Origin: Candidatus Sumerlaeota bacterium
GTDB taxonomy: Bacteria; Sumerlaeota; Sumerlaeia; Sumerlaeales; Sumerlaeaceae
DNA length: 64,000 bases
NCBI GenBank assembly: GCA_026398535.1
Contig: JAPLSQ010000084.1
Location: forward strand, 2,313-66,312
Reading direction: 5' to 3'
A model generated the notes under the pieces. The model worked only from the letters and a program-made list of their open reading frames with translations. It was not told the DNA's origin and did not search any database. Positions within the stretch are counted from its first letter, which is position 1. Every line of letters starts with the position of its first letter. Positions 58,214-64,000 of this stretch are shown in pieces. The translations under genes were made by a program, and so were the position numbers.

Positions 58214-58435
58214 ATGCATGACGGAGTTTGGGCCTTTCTGATTGTGTTCGTGTGCATTATGGGCTTAGTGAAGATCATCCGCATACGTGCGAGTTCGGGC
58301 ATGGCCACGGGGGGCGATCAGGCGCGGCTGGACAAATTTTCACGGCGGCTCGACAAGATCGAACAGCGCATGGCCAATGTGGAAACAATCGTGCTCGAGG
58401 CCGAGAAGCACCGGCAGTTCGAGCGCGCACTGTAA
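58214..58435 (+). CDS. PspB-like membrane protein 2
   Basis: AGGAG SD, single TM, RLDKIEQRMANVETIVL. Confidence 0.7.
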   Translation: MHDGVWAFLIVFVCIMGLVKIIRIRASSGMATGGDQARLDKFSRRLDKIEQRMANVETIVLEAEKHRQFERAL

Positions 58436-58460
58436 AGTTGAGGAGGTTGAAAAAATCAAC

Positions 58461-58841
58461 ATGAACATTAACACGGTTTCATCGAACAAACTTTATCGCA
58501 GTGACGATTCAGTGTTATTCGGCGTGTGCGGGGGGATCGCCGAGTATTTCGATCTTTCGTCTTGGGGGGTGCGCCTGGTATGGGTGTTGCTGATGATACC
58601 CGCTTTTCCCATTATGCTCATCGGTTATGTTGTGCTGGCACTGTTGCTCAAGCGCCGCCCGTTGGAATCCGCCGCGCCGCGCGGTTCGGCGAAAGCATGG
58701 AACGGGGAGTGGACGCCCCGCTCGGAGATGCTGGCGGGCGTGCAGCGGCGTTTCGACACGCTGGACCAGCGTCTTCAGCGCATGGAGTCCATCGTCACCA
58801 GCCCCGCCTTTGATCTCGAAAATAAATGCCGGAACCTATAA
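58461..58841 (+). CDS. pspC: Phage shock protein C
   Basis: KLYRS....FGVCGGIAEYF, TM, FDTLDQRLQRMESIVTSPAFDL. Confidence 0.9.
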   Translation: MNINTVSSNKLYRSDDSVLFGVCGGIAEYFDLSSWGVRLVWVLLMIPAFPIMLIGYVVLALLLKRRPLESAAPRGSAKAWNGEWTPRSEMLAGVQRRFDTLDQRLQRMESIVTSPAFDLENKCRNL

Positions 58842-58875
58842 TCCCGCCATACCGCCCCGTGTATTCCGTTGACGG

Positions 58876-60135
58876 TCAGCGTTTTCTGATGTTTTGGCCG
58901 GGAGGAATGGTCACTTTGGCTGGATTGACGGGCAGCGGCGCCAGCGTGCCGCTTGTTCCGGAATTGTCAGATTCCGTGGACGCATTCTCTGCGGCCGGCG
59001 CGCCCGAAGCCTGCGGTTCGGGCAACACGTTTTGCGCGCCACCGGTTGGCGCGGCGGGGGCCGGCATCGCCGGCGCCGGCACTGGCACGGGGGTGTTCAG
59101 CACACCTGGCGGTGGCACGGACGCGCCCGCGGAAGCGCCCGTCGTCGTCACAGCAGCGGCGGCAGTTGCCTGTTTCATTCCAAGCAACTCACCAACCGTG
59201 ACGAACTCAAATCCCTTCTGTCGCAACTGATCGATGGCCCGCCCCGTCGTTTCCAGCGACTTGTCATAACGGTCGTGCATCAGGATGATCGCGCCGTCAC
59301 GAGCGCCCTTCGTGATCTCCTGCATCATCGTGTCCGCGTTAGTCTGCGGACGCCAATCATTCGTGTCCACGCTCCAGCAGATTATTTTCAGTCCCATCTG
59401 CTCGCAGATATCCTGCACTTTCTTGTTCGCCAGTCCATATGGCGGGCGCAACAGGACGGCATCCGTGCCGCCGGATTCCTTAATGGCGGACGCGGTGCGC
59501 GTCAATTCGTCGCGAATCTTATCCGGCGACAGACCGCTCAGTTTCACGTGTGACCATGTGTGGCTGGCAACCTCATGACCCTGCGCCGTCAATTCCCGCA
59601 CCAGTCCGGGATTTTTCTGGATGTTGTCCCCGAGCAGGAAAAACGTGGCGCGAACATTTTTGGATTGAAGCAGTTTAAGGAATACCGGTGTGTATTTGGG
59701 ATTGGGGCCGTCGTCGAATGTCAACGCGATGCGGTTTTTGCCTGTCGGCCACTCACGGATCAGCTTGACCGACGGATCTGGCGTGCGGACGGACCGCGCC
59801 ATGGTGAATGACGTGGCGGCGTGCGCGGCGGCCTGGGGGGTCAGGCTTGTCGGCTGATCATTCCCGGTGTCTGCCGCCGGCGTTTTCGTCTCGGCCTGTT
59901 TGTAATCGCGAACGATCGAGGCCATGACAAGACCCCGCTCGCGCTGTCCATCAGCGCTTTCGCCGCCCGATGCGCCAATGTCGTCTCCCGCGGCCTTTCC
60001 GCCAAGAAATGGCAGAAAAGCATTCCCTCCTTCCCTGTCCATATAATACTTGAACCCGGCGAAGGCGCCCGCAAAACACAGGGCGAACACCACCAGCACG
60101 ATCACAATCTTGAACAGCTTCAACACAAAACCCAA
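58876..60135 (-). CDS. Membrane-anchored polysaccharide deacetylase (CE4/NodB)
   Basis: N-terminal TM, TFDDGP, HTWSH, RPPYG, WSVDTNDW, ILMHD; Pro/Ala-rich tail. Confidence 0.9.
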   Translation of the reverse strand: MGFVLKLFKIVIVLVVFALCFAGAFAGFKYYMDREGGNAFLPFLGGKAAGDDIGASGGESADGQRERGLVMASIVRDYKQAETKTPAADTGNDQPTSLTPQAAAHAATSFTMARSVRTPDPSVKLIREWPTGKNRIALTFDDGPNPKYTPVFLKLLQSKNVRATFFLLGDNIQKNPGLVRELTAQGHEVASHTWSHVKLSGLSPDKIRDELTRTASAIKESGGTDAVLLRPPYGLANKKVQDICEQMGLKIICWSVDTNDWRPQTNADTMMQEITKGARDGAIILMHDRYDKSLETTGRAIDQLRQKGFEFVTVGELLGMKQATAAAAVTTTGASAGASVPPPGVLNTPVPVPAPAMPAPAAPTGGAQNVLPEPQASGAPAAENASTESDNSGTSGTLAPLPVNPAKVTIPPGQNIRKR

Positions 60136-60230
60136 TTTAATCCATTCTCCCTATCGGCGCCGGTCAGTCATGCGGTCTGTGGCATGAGTCGCGCATGGGC
60201 GGGTTGCCCGTCCCGCCCCGCGCAATAAAT

Positions 60231-60695
60231 TTAGTCCGCCGCTGGCGGCGGAGAAGACAATTCCGCGGCGGGAGCCTCTGGAGCGGTTTCCGCCGCTGGG
60301 GTCACGGTTTCAGTCTTGCTTATCGGCCCGACGGCTACGGGCGCTGGTCTTTTCAGCTCGGTGATTCTTGCCTTCTTGCCGCGCAACGCGCGCAGGTAAT
60401 AAAGCTTGGAGCGGCGCACTTTTCCTCGCCGCACAACCTTGATGCTGTCCACTCTTGGTGAATGAATGGCGAAAACACGCTCCATGCCCACGCCATAGCT
60501 GACGCGGCGCACGGTGAATGTCTCGCTGATGCCGCTGCCCTTGCGGCGGATGCACACGCCTTCGAAATCCTGGATGCGCTCCTTGTCCCCTTCCACGATT
60601 TTAACCGACACGCGCACAGTGTCGCCGGGTTTGAAATCGGGAATGTCCGTTTTAAGCATGGGAGCTTCGTAATCACGGATGATCTGGCTGCTCAT
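60231..60695 (-). CDS. rplS: 50S ribosomal protein L19
   Basis: [45 protein letters not shown]...GKKARI; ATG at 60695. Confidence 0.97.
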   Translation of the reverse strand: MSSQIIRDYEAPMLKTDIPDFKPGDTVRVSVKIVEGDKERIQDFEGVCIRRKGSGISETFTVRRVSYGVGMERVFAIHSPRVDSIKVVRRGKVRRSKLYYLRALRGKKARITELKRPAPVAVGPISKTETVTPAAETAPEAPAAELSSPPPAAD

Positions 60696-60854
60696 AACAA
60701 TGCAGGTCCTTTGTCTGTGGATTTGGCAGCGGCGGGCCGAGTCCTGCCGGGGAAGTGGCAGCTGCGGACCGCATGCCCGTCCGCGCGCAAGCGCGGCGAT
60801 AATCCGGTATCCGGGACGGCGCAAACCGCCCCGCATGACCATTGGTTGTGCTAC

Positions 60855-61865
60855 TTACTGAAAACGATCCTTTTTCTTCATTGCAAGATGCGCGGCCATC
60901 CTGACGGCGGCAGCCATGCTCGATTCATTGGCCGCGCCCCTGCCCGCCCTGTCGAAGGCCGTGCCGTGGTCGGGCGAAGTGCGGATGATGGGCAGGCCGA
61001 GTGTCACATTGACCCCGCCGTGAAAATCCAGTGTCTTGACAGGAATGAGCGCCTGATCATGATACATGGCGACAATCATGTCAAAATCACCCGAACGGGC
61101 GCGGTGGAAAACAGTGTCGGCCGGATGCGGCCCGGAAACATTGGCGCCCGCAACCCGCGCCTCCGAAATCGCGGGCGCGATGACATCCAGTTCCTCGCGC
61201 CCGAAATGCCCGCCTTCGCCCGCGTGGGGATTCAATCCGCACACCGCGATGCGCGGCGCGGACCCCAGCGCCCACGATGCCCAATCGCAGGAGATGCGAA
61301 TCGTCTCTTTGAGCGACGCGCCTGTCAATAGGCGGGGAACCTCGCTCAAAGCCGCATGGATCGTCTCCAGAACAACATGCAGACCTCCGCCCGCGAGCAT
61401 CATCCTCACGGCGCAGCCGCCGCACAGCGCGGCCAGCAGTTCCGTGTGGCCTGGAAAATCATATCCTGCCGCGTACATGGCTTCCTTGGATATGGGCGCC
61501 GTTACAATGGCATCCGCCTGGCCGCAGAGGGCAAGCCGCACAGCCTCTTCGATCCAAGCGCGCGCGGCAACCGCGTTGGCGGCATCAACGAGACCCGTGA
61601 CGAAAGCCCCGCCCTTGGGCCGCGCCGGCGAATCAATCACGCCGGTCCGCCCCGAAGCAAGCCGCTCGTTAGGCGTGTCAATCTGCTCAAACGCCAAGGG
61701 CAGACCATAGGCCTTCGCCGTGGCGCGCGCCAGATTAATGTCACCGACGATCACAGGATGGCACATCTCCCGAACATCGCGCCGGCAAATCGCTTTCAAC
61801 GCAACCTCGGACCCGATACCCCCGGGATCGCCGAGGGTGAGAAGTATGCTGATCTCGGGCTTCAT
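60855..61865 (-). CDS. pdxA: 4-hydroxythreonine-4-phosphate dehydrogenase PdxA family
   Basis: GDPGGIG.E, TAPISK, GHTE, GLNPHAGEGG, MYHDQ, RTSPDHGTAFD. Confidence 0.93.
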   Translation of the reverse strand: MKPEISILLTLGDPGGIGSEVALKAICRRDVREMCHPVIVGDINLARATAKAYGLPLAFEQIDTPNERLASGRTGVIDSPARPKGGAFVTGLVDAANAVAARAWIEEAVRLALCGQADAIVTAPISKEAMYAAGYDFPGHTELLAALCGGCAVRMMLAGGGLHVVLETIHAALSEVPRLLTGASLKETIRISCDWASWALGSAPRIAVCGLNPHAGEGGHFGREELDVIAPAISEARVAGANVSGPHPADTVFHRARSGDFDMIVAMYHDQALIPVKTLDFHGGVNVTLGLPIIRTSPDHGTAFDRAGRGAANESSMAAAVRMAAHLAMKKKDRFQ

Positions 61866-64000
61866 TCTTCTGAATGAAGAATGGAGGATGCGTGCTCGCG
61901 AGCCGCCTTAAGGGCATCACCGATATTTTCGGGATTCTTGCCGCCTGCCTGCGCCATTTCAGGTTTGCCGCCGCCCGAGCCGCCAACAATCGGGGCAATC
62001 TTCTTCACGATGTCCGAAGCCGAAAGCCCCTTGGCCGCAACATCAGGCGTCACCGCCGCCATGATTGTGGCGCGGCCCTCCGCCGACGAGGCCAGAACGG
62101 CAGCCAGCCCGCGCGGCTGGCGCGACTTGAGCGCGTCATAAACGCCGCGCAACTCCTGCGCCGCCAAGCCCTCGAAGCTCGCTGACACAAAGCGAACCCC
62201 GCCCATGACCGGCGCGCTTTCGATGATCTGCGCGGCATCGGCTGAGCTGAGCTTCGCGCGCAACTGCGCGATCTGTTTGCGCGCGGCTTTGAGTTCCTGC
62301 TGCAGGGCCTGCACGCGCTCAACCACCTGCTCGCGCGGAACGCTGAGGCTTTCCGAAAGTGATTTCAGCGCGGCGCGCTCCCGCTGGATGGCGTCCATGG
62401 CGCCCGCGCCGGTGGCCGCCTCGATGCGCCTCACGCCGCTGGCGATGGCGCTCTCCGACAGGATGACGAACGCCCCGATGCCGCCCGTGCGCCGCATATG
62501 CGTCCCGCCACAGAACTCAACATCCCAGTCGGGCACATTCACCACGCGCACCCGCGCGTCGTATTTCTCGCCGAAAGGAGCGATGATGCCGGGAATCTCG
62601 CGGGCCTCCTCCAGCTGCATCGTCCTGATAATCAATTCAAGGTCCTCAAGTATCCGCTCGTTCACAAGACGCTCAACTTCCGCGATTTGATCCATGGTCA
62701 GCGCTACGGGATTCGAAAAGTCGAATCGAAGGTGATCCGGCCCCACATAAGAACCATGCTGTGTGACGTGTTTGCCCGCGACGCGCTTCAGCGCGCCCTG
62801 CAGCAGGTGGGTTGCCGTGTGATTGCGCATGATCGCAAGGCGGCGCTCGAAATCAATTCGGGCGTCCACAAGATCGCCCGCCGACAAAACACCGCGCTCG
62901 ACGATCCCAAAATGGACGAAAACCTCCTCGTTTGTTTTTTGCGTGTCGGTGATCCTGACGAGCAAACCCTCTGATTCGATGTCGCCCGTGTCGGCGGCCT
63001 GTCCGCCGCCCTCGGCATAAAACGGCGTGTCGCTGAGCACCACCGCGACCTCGTCGCCCGCTCGAGCCGACTGGACCTGCTTGCCGCCCATGAAAACAGC
63101 CAGCGTCTCGACACCCTTCACTGTCTCGGCGGGAGAAACGCCGCCCAGCAAATCGCCGTCGTCATCCGCCTCCTCCACATCTTCTTTGCCCTCCAACGTA
63201 TCATCATAATCGTCATCGTCCGTCGCGGAGGATTCGCCTGAATCCCTCCGGGTCATATTCACGATACACCCGGTGTTCGAGGCGTCCGGCTTCTGATCCA
63301 TAAGATCAGCCACAAGCTCCTCCAGGCTGCAACCCGCTTTGTCCGCCGCATCCTCCATCTCTGCCAGCATTTCCGCCACGCTGTCGGAGTGGCCGGTGAA
63401 AAACGTCGGGCCGTGAGCCTCATAGATTTCCCGCAGAGCCTCTTCCATTCCGGCGAAGCGCGCTTCCACGGCAACCTTGCGCGACTCGTCGCGGTGGCGC
63501 TCGGCATGCGTCTGGTACTCGGCTTCGTTGAGCGTGTAGCCGCGGTCCAGGGCAATTTCACGAATGTCGTCTATCGGCAGGCCATAAGTCGAGACAAGCA
63601 TGAATGCGTCGGCGCCGCTGATGACGGCCGGCTTCTTCACGCCCTTCGGTTTGGATTTTTCCAGCACGCCCTCAAGTTTCTGCAGTCCGGCGCCGAGTGT
63701 CTCGGCGTATGCCTCCTCCTCAAGGCGCATCACTTTTTTGATAAGCTCCGTGATTTCCCTGATTTCAGGATAGGCGTCGCCCATGACCTTCGTCACGGCA
63801 TCCACGACGTTGTGCAGGAAGGGCGCCTCCTGGCCAATGCGCCGGGCATACCGCGCTGAGCGGCGCAGCAGGCGCCGCAACACATAACCGCGCCCTTCAT
63901 TACCGGGCAGAATGCCCTCGCTGAGGGCAAACACGAGCGCGCGCGCATGATCGGCTGCCACGTTCACGCACTGCTTCGTTTCAATCGGCGCGTCGTCGTA
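61862..64000 (-). CDS. alaS: Alanyl-tRNA synthetase, 5'-truncated by the window edge
   Basis: ADHAR, GRGYVLRRLLRR, TPFYAEGGGQ..D, NHTATHLL, RFDF, EFCGGTH, GVRRIEA, GGGKP..AQAGG. Confidence 0.96.
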   Translation of the reverse strand, partial: YDDAPIETKQCVNVAADHARALVFALSEGILPGNEGRGYVLRRLLRRSARYARRIGQEAPFLHNVVDAVTKVMGDAYPEIREITELIKKVMRLEEEAYAETLGAGLQKLEGVLEKSKPKGVKKPAVISGADAFMLVSTYGLPIDDIREIALDRGYTLNEAEYQTHAERHRDESRKVAVEARFAGMEEALREIYEAHGPTFFTGHSDSVAEMLAEMEDAADKAGCSLEELVADLMDQKPDASNTGCIVNMTRRDSGESSATDDDDYDDTLEGKEDVEEADDDGDLLGGVSPAETVKGVETLAVFMGGKQVQSARAGDEVAVVLSDTPFYAEGGGQAADTGDIESEGLLVRITDTQKTNEEVFVHFGIVERGVLSAGDLVDARIDFERRLAIMRNHTATHLLQGALKRVAGKHVTQHGSYVGPDHLRFDFSNPVALTMDQIAEVERLVNERILEDLELIIRTMQLEEAREIPGIIAPFGEKYDARVRVVNVPDWDVEFCGGTHMRRTGGIGAFVILSESAIASGVRRIEAATGAGAMDAIQRERAALKSLSESLSVPREQVVERVQALQQELKAARKQIAQLRAKLSSADAAQIIESAPVMGGVRFVSASFEGLAAQELRGVYDALKSRQPRGLAAVLASSAEGRATIMAAVTPDVAAKGLSASDIVKKIAPIVGGSGGGKPEMAQAGGKNPENIGDALKAAREHASSILHSEE

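Overview
GC-rich bacterial chromosomal window. The pseudopilin N-terminus (GFTLIELLIVVAIIAMLAAIAVPNFLEAQTRAKVSRAKSDM) and short C-terminal ...S/G-V/A-x-x-W tails tentatively suggest Candidatus Sumerlaeota/BRC1 (inference, unverified). Housekeeping blocks: infA-rpmJ-rpsM-rpsK-[inserted ORF]-rpsD-rpoA-rplQ-dnaN, rpmF-plsX-secA, ileS-dksA-like, and alaS(partial)-pdxA-rplS. Also present are a hypF-hypC-nifJ-DHOD-like-hypD anaerobic metabolism operon, an ABC-2/HlyD efflux operon, several hydrolases and an expanded pspF/pspA-B-X-B-C locus. The best candidate for an undescribed system is a co-oriented ~17 kb accessory block (37.7-55.4 kb), bounded on the right by an IS3 remnant. It encodes a six-EF-hand secreted protein, a non-canonical CPBP protease, three paralogous ~900-1100 aa six-hairpin glycosidase-like proteins carrying a mobile ~110 aa module (two with signal peptides, one without), a heterodimeric exporter-fold ABC transporter with one degenerate ATP site, a divergent membrane-fusion-like protein and a pseudopilin. 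Two candidate structured RNAs were found by eye: a multibranch leader before rpsD and a ~140 nt rod at 3069-3210. No rRNA, tRNA or CRISPR array was seen. All calls come from motif recognition only; no searches were run.
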